Positions 6,616-14,834 of a stretch of 32,000 nucleotides of DNA are shown here, in pieces. The stretch is from NCBI GenBank assembly GCA_015257795.3, contig CP072208.2, positions 300,001 through 332,000 of the forward strand, written 5' to 3'. Numbering within the stretch: the stretch's first letter is position 1; every line of letters begins with the position of its first letter. The notes beneath the pieces are model-generated. The model searched no databases. It saw only the letters and a program-made list of their open reading frames with translations, and was not told the DNA's origin. A program made the position numbers and the translations under genes. This DNA comes from Candidatus Nanogingivalaceae bacterium. Its GTDB lineage: Bacteria > Patescibacteriota > Saccharimonadia > Saccharimonadales > Saccharimonadaceae.

Positions 6616-8487
6616 ATGTTAAAATTTATTTTTAAATTTGCTAAAAAATATTGGCTAAGTTTAAGTTTGATGCTTATTTTTACCGTGTTCTCTGCTAAAA
6701 TCAACCTTGAACTCCCTCAATACACTTCAAAAATTATCACTCAGGGTGTTGCTATGAAAAATATGGAAGCGATTTACTCAAACGGTTTTCATATGATTGG
6801 GCTTTCTCTTTTGAGTGGCGTTTTGATGCTGGCCGGAATTTTTTTCGCAAGCCGTTCGGCTGGAGCAATGGCGCGCGATATTCGTCATGAAACTTTTAAG
6901 AAAATTGAAGATTTTTCAATGAGTGAATTCGGCAAGTTCTCTGTTGCGAGCTTAACAACGCGAATCACTAATGACGCACGCCAATTTCAGCAAACTTTCA
7001 CAATGATTATGCGAATGGGTATTTATGCGCCAATTATTGGTGCCGGTGCGATAATTAACACTTTGGCGATTTCTGGTTCAATGAGTTGGATTATGGCAAT
7101 TACAGTTTTTTCGATTATTGTTTTAACTACAATTATCGGTGTTTTTGCTGTGCCAAAATTGAGGATTTTTCAAACAAAACTTGATAAATTAAACATGCAA
7201 ACTCGCCAAACAATCACTGGCTTAAGGGTGATTCGAGCTTATCGAAAAGAAAAGGTTGAAGAAGAAAAATTCGGCGAAATTAATGCCGAGATGTTGAAAA
7301 TGAATGTCTTTTTCGAAAGGATTTTTGGTTTGATTTCTCCATATATGACAATGGTTTCTGGCCTTGGTTTGGTTGCAATTGCTTGGATTGGTTCATACTT
7401 CGTGAAATCTGGCGAAATTTCAATCGGTGATGTAGCTTCCCTGACTCAATATTTGGCGCAGGTGACTTTTGCGTTCGTTATGCTTTCGATGATTTTTATG
7501 TCGATTCCACGAATGAATGTCGCCATTAAGCGATTGAGTGAAGTTCTTGACGAAGAAATTCTAATTAAAGATAAGGCAAAGACCAAAAAAGCGCCAAAAA
7601 CTTTTGAGCTTGCTTTCGAAAATGTTAGTTTTGCGTATCCAGATTCTGAAGAGGCTGTTCTTGAAGATATTAATTTTGAAGTTCAACAAGGTCAAACTAT
7701 TGCGGTGATTGGCGGAACTGGTTCTGGAAAGTCTACGATCGCAAAATTAATCCCACGGTTTTATGATGTTTCGAAAGGTAAAATTAAGCTTGGCGGCGTG
7801 GATATCCGCGACCTAAAACAAAGCGAACTTCACGATTTAATTGGCTATGTTCCACAAAAAGCAAGTCTTTTTTCTGGGAATGTTCGCGAGAATATAAATT
7901 ATGGCTCTTCGAAACATCTAACGGATGAAGAAATTATCGAAGCTTTAAAAATTGCTCAAGCTTGGGATTTTGTGCAAAAACTGCCCGAAGATTTAAACGA
8001 AAAAGTTTCGCAAGGTGGTAAAAACTTCTCTGGTGGACAAAAACAGCGCCTCTCGATTGCGCGTGCGATTGCTTCAAAAGCTCCAATTTTGATTTTCGAC
8101 GATAGTTTCTCAGCGCTTGATTATAAAACTGATGCTAAACTTCGTGCTGAGCTTGCTTCAAAAACTAAATTACAAACCAAGTTTATTGTGGCGCAACGCG
8201 TGACTTCAATTATGCAGGCCGATAAAATTATTGTGCTTGACGGCGGAAAAATTGTTGGAATTGGCACGCATGGCGAACTTCTTGAAGATAACGAAATTTA
8301 CCGCGAGATTGCCTCGTCTCAGCTTTCTGACGAAGAAATTGAAGCGCAAATTAAAGAATTCGAAAAGCAAAAAACTGTTTCGAAAACCAAAAAAGTGGCT
8401 AAAAAAGCAGTTTCCGTTTCGAAAAAAATAGCTAAAAAAAGCTTAAAACAAGCAGTTGCGAAAAAATCTAAGAAAGGAGAAAAATAA
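6616..8487 (+). CDS. ABC exporter, fused permease/ATPase, subunit with degenerate Walker B (heterodimer partner 1)
   Basis: 623 aa. Six-TM exporter-type N-terminal domain. Walker A GGTGSGKST, signature FSGGQKQR, Walker B ILIFDDS (Asp in place of the catalytic Glu). Lys-rich ~50-aa C-terminal tail. Confidence 0.92.
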   Translation: MLKFIFKFAKKYWLSLSLMLIFTVFSAKINLELPQYTSKIITQGVAMKNMEAIYSNGFHMIGLSLLSGVLMLAGIFFASRSAGAMARDIRHETFKKIEDFSMSEFGKFSVASLTTRITNDARQFQQTFTMIMRMGIYAPIIGAGAIINTLAISGSMSWIMAITVFSIIVLTTIIGVFAVPKLRIFQTKLDKLNMQTRQTITGLRVIRAYRKEKVEEEKFGEINAEMLKMNVFFERIFGLISPYMTMVSGLGLVAIAWIGSYFVKSGEISIGDVASLTQYLAQVTFAFVMLSMIFMSIPRMNVAIKRLSEVLDEEILIKDKAKTKKAPKTFELAFENVSFAYPDSEEAVLEDINFEVQQGQTIAVIGGTGSGKSTIAKLIPRFYDVSKGKIKLGGVDIRDLKQSELHDLIGYVPQKASLFSGNVRENINYGSSKHLTDEEIIEALKIAQAWDFVQKLPEDLNEKVSQGGKNFSGGQKQRLSIARAIASKAPILIFDDSFSALDYKTDAKLRAELASKTKLQTKFIVAQRVTSIMQADKIIVLDGGKIVGIGTHGELLEDNEIYREIASSQLSDEEIEAQIKEFEKQKTVSKTKKVAKKAVSVSKKIAKKSLKQAVAKKSKKGEK

Positions 8488-10271
8488 TGGCGAAAAATCA
8501 AAAAAATAAGCTTTCGTTAAAGACGGTCTTGCGACTTTTGCAATATTTTTTGCCGTTTAAAATCTCGATTACATTTTTTGTAATTATGACAATTTTGGGC
8601 TCAATTTCAGCAATTGTTGGCCCGCAAATTGTTGGTGAAATGATCAATTTAATCACAAAGAGAGTTGAAATTCGTGCGGGCGCGGTTCATTTTAATCCTG
8701 ATTTTTCAAAAATTGCTGAATTTGGTCTTTTGCTTATTGCGATTTATATCGGTTCGGGAGTTTTTAGTTATGCGCAAAACTGGATTATGGGTCAAATGGT
8801 GCAAAAAATCGTTTTCAAGCTACGTGATGAGTCTTCGAAAAAAATTGCACGATTACCACTTTCGTATTTTGACAAACATAAAACTGGCGATACGGTTTCA
8901 ATTATCACAAACGACATCGAAACACTCAGCAATAGCTTAAGTGAGAGTTTAAATCAGCTTTCTTACTCGATTATTACGATAATTGGCGTAACTTTCATGA
9001 TGATTTCAATTAGTTGGCAAATGAGCTTAATTGCGCTTGCAACAGGTGCTTTTTCGGTTGGTGTAATTTTAGTTATCTCAAAATTTAGTCAAGTTTATTT
9101 TACAGATTTACAAAAATTTACTTCAGGTCTAACTTCTCACACCGAGGAAATGCTTTCTTCGCACGAAGTTATCAAAGTTTATAACGGCGAAAAATCATCA
9201 GTTGAAGATTTCGAAAAAATCAACAACAAAATGTACAATTCATCTTGGAAATCGCAATTTTTTGGTGGTCTTCTCTACCCGATCATGGGATTTATAAATA
9301 ATATCTCTACGCTAACAGTGGTAGTTGTTGGTGGTGTGCGTGCGGTAAACGGCCAAATGACGATTGGTGATATTACGGCCTTTATGCAATATATGAGTCG
9401 ATTCACGCAGCCAATTTCGAATATTGCAAATTCAATGACGAGCGTTCAAACTGTTGTTGCGGCTTGTGAACGAGTTTTTGGTTTTCTTGATGCTGAAGAA
9501 GAAACTTTTGTTGAAATTTCGAAAACACCGCCAAAAGAAGTTAATGGCGCGGTAGAGTTTTCGAAAGTTAATTTCTCATATTCGAAAAACAAGCCAATTA
9601 TCACTAATTTTAGTACAAAAATTGCACCACGCTCAAACGTGGCGATTGTTGGCCCAACTGGTGCTGGAAAAACTACACTCGTGAATCTTTTGATGCGATT
9701 TTATGATATTGACAGCGGAAAAATCACAATTGATGGAGTTGATACTTCGAAAATGTCGCGCCACGATGTTCGTTCCCTTTTTGGAATGGTTCTACAAGAT
9801 ACGTGGTTGTTTAATGGCACGATTGCCGAAAACTTAGCTTACGGAAAGCCCGATGCTACTCGTGAAGAAATTGTTGAGGCCGCAAAAGCCGCTCATGCCG
9901 ATCACTTTATTCGAACTTTACCACAAGGATATGATACGGTTATTTCTGAAGATATCGATAATGTCTCGGCTGGCGAAAAACAGCTTCTTACGATTGCGCG
10001 TGCAATTTTAGCAGATTCGCCGATGTTGATTCTTGATGAGGCAACCAGCTCTGTTGATACACGAACGGAGGCTGCTATCCAATCGGCGATGGATAATTTA
10101 ACACATGGCCGTACAAGCTTTGTGATTGCGCACCGCCTTTCAACAATTCGAAATGCTGATTTGATTCTAGTTTTGGAGCATGGAAACATTGTTGAGCAAG
10201 GCTCTCATAAAGAATTGCTTTCGAAAAATGGCGCCTATGCTAAGCTGTATAACTCACAGTTTGCTGAATAA
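8487..10271 (+). CDS. ABC exporter, fused permease/ATPase, subunit with canonical Walker B and degenerate signature (heterodimer partner 2)
   Basis: 594 aa. TAATG overlap with the upstream gene and AAGGAG SD. Walker A GPTGAGKTT, signature VSAGEKQL (non-canonical), Walker B MLILDEATSSVD. Confidence 0.92.
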   Translation: MAKNQKNKLSLKTVLRLLQYFLPFKISITFFVIMTILGSISAIVGPQIVGEMINLITKRVEIRAGAVHFNPDFSKIAEFGLLLIAIYIGSGVFSYAQNWIMGQMVQKIVFKLRDESSKKIARLPLSYFDKHKTGDTVSIITNDIETLSNSLSESLNQLSYSIITIIGVTFMMISISWQMSLIALATGAFSVGVILVISKFSQVYFTDLQKFTSGLTSHTEEMLSSHEVIKVYNGEKSSVEDFEKINNKMYNSSWKSQFFGGLLYPIMGFINNISTLTVVVVGGVRAVNGQMTIGDITAFMQYMSRFTQPISNIANSMTSVQTVVAACERVFGFLDAEEETFVEISKTPPKEVNGAVEFSKVNFSYSKNKPIITNFSTKIAPRSNVAIVGPTGAGKTTLVNLLMRFYDIDSGKITIDGVDTSKMSRHDVRSLFGMVLQDTWLFNGTIAENLAYGKPDATREEIVEAAKAAHADHFIRTLPQGYDTVISEDIDNVSAGEKQLLTIARAILADSPMLILDEATSSVDTRTEAAIQSAMDNLTHGRTSFVIAHRLSTIRNADLILVLEHGNIVEQGSHKELLSKNGAYAKLYNSQFAE

Positions 10272-10284
10272 AATTCGAAAAAAG

Positions 10285-10313
10285 AAAAAAGCCCGATTAT
10301 TTCGGGCTTAATT
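10285..10313. terminator. bidirectional Rho-independent terminator between convergent genes
   Basis: Hairpin aagcccga/tcgggctt (10289-10309), flanked by an A-run on the left and T-rich sequence on the right. Confidence 0.65.
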
Positions 10314-10322
10314 TAGTGTTGG

Positions 10323-10694
10323 CTATACTAGCGAGAATTCCGCGAGCAGTGATGAATATTTACACATTTGAGCGCTGTTATTGCGCTTAGTGTAACCTTC
10401 TGCATAAATTTCATTCAGGAAATGGAATGCGTTCGCTAACTCGTAATAATGACCTGAAGGCCACTCCTTTTCGATTTTCTTGAAAAAATCGCGTCCTTTA
10501 GTTATGGGCATTTCATAAAACTTAGCGTAAGCTAGCCAAAAGACTAGCTCTTTAATATCATTTTTATGATATGCTTTTTCAAGCTTATCGATAACTTTAA
10601 ACAGAGGTGTCTTTGGTGTCGCTTCTGCTTCAATACGAATTTCAGCAAGTTTTTCTTGGTTTTGGGTTTGAGCCCACTTAATAACATTGACCAT
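10323..10694 (-). CDS. hypothetical protein (123 aa)
   Basis: Track ORF 10323..10730 trimmed to the ATG at 10694 (MVNVIKWAQ...), which has GGAG 9 nt upstream. No recognisable motif. Confidence 0.55.
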   Translation of the reverse strand: MVNVIKWAQTQNQEKLAEIRIEAEATPKTPLFKVIDKLEKAYHKNDIKELVFWLAYAKFYEMPITKGRDFFKKIEKEWPSGHYYELANAFHFLNEIYAEGYTKRNNSAQMCKYSSLLAEFSLV

Positions 10695-10717
10695 ATTTTT
10701 GGTCTCCTTTTCTGAAA

Positions 10718-10746
10718 AATATACTTGCAAAAGCCAACTTTGTAAA
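10718..10746 (-). promoter_or_regulatory. sigma70-type promoter for the 123-aa gene
   Basis: Minus strand: TTTACA (10746-10741), 17-nt spacer, TATATT (10723-10718). Confidence 0.45.
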
Positions 10747-10850
10747 ATACGAGCTAAAAGCTCAATTTTGAAAGTAAGCTTTTAACTAATTAGTATTCTA
10801 CCACAAAAGATACTTTTTGTCAATAGGTAAGGAAAATAACTAAAAAGCTC

Positions 10851-10879
10851 TTCACTTTTCAACTTTTTTATGCTAAAAT
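10851..10879 (+). promoter_or_regulatory. promoter of tRNA-Trp
   Basis: TTCACT (10851-10856), 17-nt spacer, TGc-TAAAAT (-10 at 10874-10879). The mature tRNA 5' end is only 8 nt downstream. Confidence 0.5.
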
Positions 10880-10887
10880 AGTTTCAT

Positions 10888-10963
10888 ACGGGCATAGCTC
10901 AGTTGGTAGAGCACAGGTCTCCAAAACCTGGTGTCGGGAGTTCGAATCTCTCTGCCCGTGCCA
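10888..10963 (+). tRNA. trnW: tRNA-Trp (anticodon CCA), CCA end encoded
   Basis: Hand-folded cloverleaf: acceptor ACGGGCA/TGCCCGT, D arm GCTC-AGTTGGTA-GAGC, anticodon arm CAGGT-CTCCAAA-ACCTG, T arm GGGAG-TTCGAAT-CTCTC, discriminator G, then CCA. 76 nt. Confidence 0.93.
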
Positions 10964-10976
10964 AATTTGCCTTTTT

Positions 10977-10998
10977 ACACCAGAAATGGTGTTTTTTA
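10977..10998 (+). terminator. Rho-independent terminator after tRNA-Trp
   Basis: Hairpin acacca-gaaa-tggtgt (10977-10992) followed by ttttt. Confidence 0.55.
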
Positions 10999-11044
10999 TT
11001 TTGGCGTTGTTTTTTGTTTTATTTTAGTGTATAGTGGTTATGTT

Positions 11045-11455
11045 ATGGATATTAATTTTATTACTATTTTTTTTCATTTTTATTTTTTTCTAGTGTTTAT
11101 GTTTGCAGTGTTGCTATTTGCTTTTATGCTAGGTGGATTTCTTATTGCTATTTTAGGGTATTTTAGGGTTAGGAAGCTTGAAAATCCTGAAATTTTACAA
11201 AATAAGATTAAAAGTCATCGGCGTGTTTTGAATATCTTTGTAGGGATATTCGTAGTTATATCGATTGCAACTGTTTATATTACATTAGACACTATGAATT
11301 TTGCCATGGTTGGTACATGGCTCGGTGGTCTTATTGCCATGCCTTTTGCATATGTGATAATTTATATTTTATCGTTTATTATTTTTGCTAAGCGCAAAGA
11401 CGTTCGACTAAAACTCGAAGAATTAGAAATGTTGAAACGTGGCAATAGATTTTGA
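11045..11455 (+). CDS. hypothetical integral membrane protein (136 aa, about 4 TM segments)
   Basis: Track ORF 10931..11455 trimmed because its first 38 codons overlap tRNA-Trp and its terminator. The ATG at 11045 (MDINFITIFF...) lies 9 nt after a TATAGT box (11030-11035). Very hydrophobic sequence. Confidence 0.6.
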   Translation: MDINFITIFFHFYFFLVFMFAVLLFAFMLGGFLIAILGYFRVRKLENPEILQNKIKSHRRVLNIFVGIFVVISIATVYITLDTMNFAMVGTWLGGLIAMPFAYVIIYILSFIIFAKRKDVRLKLEELEMLKRGNRF

Positions 11456-11480
11456 TAACTCTTTTTAAAAGTGCTATAAT
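11452..11480 (+). promoter_or_regulatory. sigma70-type promoter placed for a leaderless M48/DUF45 peptidase mRNA
   Basis: TTGATA (11452-11457), 17-nt spacer, TGc-TATAAT (-10 at 11475-11480), then 6 nt to the ATG at 11487. No SD. Confidence 0.6.
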
Positions 11481-11486
11481 ATTTTT

Positions 11487-12179
11487 ATGTCTATAGTCGA
11501 TAAAGAGTTTGGTGAAATTAAAATTCGAAAAAATAAACTCGCTCGCTCCGTAAAACTTTCTGTCGGCGTTGATGGAAGTTTGCGTGTATCAATCCCCTAT
11601 TATTCACCAGAATTTGCCGTTCGGCGGCTTGTTAATGGCAATCGCGATGAAATTCGAAAAATGCTCGCAACACACAACGCTAAAAATTCTTATCAAGACG
11701 GAGATTTGATTGGCAAAACTCACGCGCTTTTTTTGCGAAAATTTTCGGGCGAAGAAATCAAAATTTCAAATGAAGGAAATCAGATTTTGGTGCAAATTCC
11801 GCAAGAGTTAGCTTTCGAAAATCCACTTGTTCAATCTGAGATTCGCAAAACCGTATCAAAAATTCTTCGAAAGCAAGCTAAAGCGTATTTACCCCGCCGA
11901 ATTGATTTTTTGGCAGAAAAATATGGTTTTAGCTTTGAGAAATTGCGTTTTTCGCACACGGGCACGCGGTGGGGTTCATGCTCTTCTAGCGGAACAATTT
12001 CTTTAAATATCGCATTAATGAATTTACCACACCATTTGATTGATTATGTGATTATTCATGAGCTTTGTCATACTCGGCAAATGAACCATTCGTTTAAATT
12101 TTGGCAAGAAGTTGAAAAATATTGCCCAGACTATAAGAAATACGTTCAAGAAATAAAACAGTTTTCGCCAAGTATTTAG
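11487..12179 (+). CDS. DUF45/YgjP-like (M48-related, SprT/WLM-like) zinc metallohydrolase
   Basis: 230 aa. RWGSCSSSGTISLN followed by the HExxH motif in VIIHELCHTRQMNHS, the characteristic layout of the YgjP/DUF45 family. Confidence 0.8.
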   Translation: MSIVDKEFGEIKIRKNKLARSVKLSVGVDGSLRVSIPYYSPEFAVRRLVNGNRDEIRKMLATHNAKNSYQDGDLIGKTHALFLRKFSGEEIKISNEGNQILVQIPQELAFENPLVQSEIRKTVSKILRKQAKAYLPRRIDFLAEKYGFSFEKLRFSHTGTRWGSCSSSGTISLNIALMNLPHHLIDYVIIHELCHTRQMNHSFKFWQEVEKYCPDYKKYVQEIKQFSPSI

Positions 12180-12206
12180 TTTAAAGCAGATAACTGGTTA
12201 AACCGC

Positions 12207-12235
12207 TTGCGCTTTTCTCTTAAATTTGCTAAAAT
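12207..12235 (+). promoter_or_regulatory. promoter of the alpha-glucan operon
   Basis: TTGCGC (12207-12212), 17-nt spacer, TGc-TAAAAT (-10 at 12230-12235). Confidence 0.5.
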
Positions 12236-12267
12236 AGAAATGTAAATTTTAATCGTAAAGGCAAAAA

Positions 12268-13491
12268 ATGAAAATTCTAATGCTCGGGTGGGAGCTTCCT
12301 CCCCATAACAGTGGTGGTTTGGGCGTAGCTTGTTTTTATATGGCAAAAGCGCTAGCTGAAGATGGCGCTGAAATTGAGTTTGTCGTTCCGTATAAAAACA
12401 AACATACCGAAATTGATTTTATGAAAGTGCTAAATGCTACGAATTTTTCTGAGATTCATAAATTTGGCGCTGGGGCTTATGATGCGCCACACTGGTCGCG
12501 GTCGAGCCATAATGTGGGCGATTTTTTGCCGGATATTCGTTCGATTCAAAAAGAATATTGTGAATTTATTCGTGAATATTTAAGCATCCCGGAAAACAAA
12601 CCGGATGTTATTCATGCGCACGATTGGCTTACGATGGAGGCTGGAATGCTGGCACGCGAGATTACGGGTTCTCCACTTGTTACACATATTCATGCAACAG
12701 AATTCGACCGTTCTGGTGGAACATCTGGCAATCAACAAATTCATGATATTGAATACGCTGGAATTTGCAATTCAGATAAAGTTTTTGCCGTTTCGAAAAA
12801 TACACGAGATGTAATAATTGATAAATATAAAGTTTCTCCAGAAAAAGTCGAGGTTGTTTATAATGCAATCGAAACTTCAACACTTGCTAGTCCACAAGAC
12901 TACGATGAGCGAACTTATCGCTATCTTGAATATTTAAAATCACAAGGCTATACGGTTGTGATGACTTTAACTCGTTTTACTGTTCAGAAAGGTTTAACAT
13001 ATTTAATGCGAGCCATGGCTGAAGCGGCTTCAAGGAACCCGAAAATCGCTCTTCTTCTTGTTGGTGATGGCGAGCAGCGTAACGAGCTTATTAAAATGGC
13101 TAGCGATTTTAGAATTGCGGATAAAATTTTCTTCACTGGCTTTTTGCGCGGAGACAAATGGCGCGATGCTTATGGGGTTGCAGATGTTTTCGTGATGAGC
13201 TCGGTTAATGAGCCTTTTGGGTTAACAGCCCTTGAAGCAGCACACTTTAACAACGCGTTAATTATTTCAAAACAGTCTGGCGTTGGTGAAGTTTTGCAGA
13301 ACATTTTGCGCTACGATTTTTGGGATACTAAAAAGCTTGCAAATCAAATTTATGAAGTTTCGGTAAATAAAAAACTTCTAAATAATCTTAAAAAAGGCGT
13401 TCGAAAAGAGTATAATAAAATTTCTTGGAGTGATATTGCTGATCAAATCATGGATGAATTCATACACCTAACAGAGGAAAAAAATGGCTAA
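12268..13491 (+). CDS. glycosyltransferase, glycogen/starch-synthase-like (GT4/GT5 fold)
   Basis: 407 aa. N-terminus MKILMLGWELPPHNSGGLGVAC resembles the KxGGL-type start of glycogen synthases. C-terminal GT-B motif EPFGLTALEAA. Co-operonic with GH57 and GH15 genes. Confidence 0.75.
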   Translation: MKILMLGWELPPHNSGGLGVACFYMAKALAEDGAEIEFVVPYKNKHTEIDFMKVLNATNFSEIHKFGAGAYDAPHWSRSSHNVGDFLPDIRSIQKEYCEFIREYLSIPENKPDVIHAHDWLTMEAGMLAREITGSPLVTHIHATEFDRSGGTSGNQQIHDIEYAGICNSDKVFAVSKNTRDVIIDKYKVSPEKVEVVYNAIETSTLASPQDYDERTYRYLEYLKSQGYTVVMTLTRFTVQKGLTYLMRAMAEAASRNPKIALLLVGDGEQRNELIKMASDFRIADKIFFTGFLRGDKWRDAYGVADVFVMSSVNEPFGLTALEAAHFNNALIISKQSGVGEVLQNILRYDFWDTKKLANQIYEVSVNKKLLNNLKKGVRKEYNKISWSDIADQIMDEFIHLTEEKNG

Positions 13492-14833
13492 AAAATCAAT
13501 TGTTCTATATCTCCATGTTCATCAGCCGTGGCGAGTTCGTGATGACCAAACTATTTTTAATGTTGGTAAAAATAGAGATTATTTTAGTGAAGAAAAAGGT
13601 TTGAAGCGCCAAAGTAATGGTGAAATTTTTCGAAAAGTAGCTGAAAAATCTTATATCCCAATGAATAACCTACTCGAAGAACTTTTAGCTCGTCATCCTG
13701 AATTTAAATTCTCTTTTTCGATAACAGGCACTTTTATTGATCAAGCTCAGCAATTTGCGCCAGATGTTCTTGAGAGTTTTAAGCGTCTCGTTCGAACTGG
13801 CCGAGCGGAGATTGTTGCTGAAACTTATTATCACAGTTTAGCTTTCTTTTTTGACCGCGAGGAATTTGAGGCACAAGTTCGTGCACATCAAGCAAAGATT
13901 CGTGAAGTTTTTGGCGTAGAAACGACATCTTTTCGAAACACAGAACTTTCTTATAACGACGAATTAGGCAAATGGGCAGACAATTTTGGTTTCAAGGCAA
14001 TTTTAACTGAAGGCTGGGATCCTGTGTTGGGGTGGCGTTCGCCGAATTTTGTGTATAGACCAAAAAATACTAAAAATATTCGCCTTCTTTTAAAGAATTA
14101 TAAACTTTCTGATGATTTAGCTTTTCGATTTTCAAACCAAAACTGGGAAGAATATCCGCTAACAACCGAAAAATATATCAGCTGGCTAGAATCGGCGAGC
14201 TATCGAGGTGATATAATTAATCTTTTCATGGATTATGAAACTTTTGGTGAACATCAATGGGAGGAATCTGGAATTTTTGGCTTTTTCGAAAGCTTAGTTG
14301 CTGAGTGGCTAAAAAATACAAGTCATGATTTTAAAACTGTTACAGAAGCCGCTCAAGCCGATCCTGTTGCGGAAATTTCGATGCCTCAAACTGTTACTTG
14401 GGCGGATACTGAGCGCGATCTAACTGCGTGGCTTGGAAATTCAATGCAGCAAGAAGCAATGAAGCATCTTTACGCCTTAAAACCGCGAGTTTATAATTCT
14501 TATAACGGCATGCTTGTTGAAGATTGGCGACGGCTAACCACTAGCGATCACCCATACTATATGTGCACAAAATACTTTAACGATGGTGATGTTCATGCGT
14601 ATTTTTCACCATATAAATCGCCCTATGATGCGTTTTTGTATTTTATGGATGCTCTGCGAGACATGGATTTTCGTTTGAAAGATGTTTCACCTTTACAACC
14701 TAAAAAAGTTCAAGAAACACAAAAAATTCTTAAAAAATCTTTTTCGAAAGTTCCAAAAACGCCAAAACGAAAGAAAATATTTGCGCGAATGCTTCATAAA
14801 AACTTAATGTTTGCTAAGGGAAAGCGAGGTTGA
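13484..14833 (+). CDS. glycoside hydrolase family 57 (alpha-amylase / alpha-glucan-active)
   Basis: 449 aa. 8-nt overlap with the upstream gene. GH57-type conserved regions: LHVHQPWR, AETYYHSLAFF, FRNTELSY, FMDYETFGEHQW, TTSDHPYYM. Lys-rich C-terminal tail. Confidence 0.8.
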   Translation: MAKKSIVLYLHVHQPWRVRDDQTIFNVGKNRDYFSEEKGLKRQSNGEIFRKVAEKSYIPMNNLLEELLARHPEFKFSFSITGTFIDQAQQFAPDVLESFKRLVRTGRAEIVAETYYHSLAFFFDREEFEAQVRAHQAKIREVFGVETTSFRNTELSYNDELGKWADNFGFKAILTEGWDPVLGWRSPNFVYRPKNTKNIRLLLKNYKLSDDLAFRFSNQNWEEYPLTTEKYISWLESASYRGDIINLFMDYETFGEHQWEESGIFGFFESLVAEWLKNTSHDFKTVTEAAQADPVAEISMPQTVTWADTERDLTAWLGNSMQQEAMKHLYALKPRVYNSYNGMLVEDWRRLTTSDHPYYMCTKYFNDGDVHAYFSPYKSPYDAFLYFMDALRDMDFRLKDVSPLQPKKVQETQKILKKSFSKVPKTPKRKKIFARMLHKNLMFAKGKRG

Positions 14834-14834
14834 A

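Noticed and set aside
6264-10271. Cys-rich 48-aa peptide plus two ABC exporters as a bacteriocin/RiPP-type production and export locus
   Set aside because: A terminator and a separate promoter lie between the peptide gene and the ABC genes. The peptide has no double-glycine or other leader, and the ABC proteins lack a C39 peptidase domain. CxxCxGxG is a well-known intracellular zinc-finger motif.
10931-11044. N-terminal 38 codons of track ORF 10931..11455
   Set aside because: They overlap the 3' half of tRNA-Trp and its terminator hairpin. The hydrophobic protein most plausibly starts at the ATG at 11045.
14811-14834. 8-codon upstream extension of the GH15 ORF
   Set aside because: It would overlap the GH57 3' end. 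The ATG at 14835 has a GAGGT SD and begins MAKTAILSNG.
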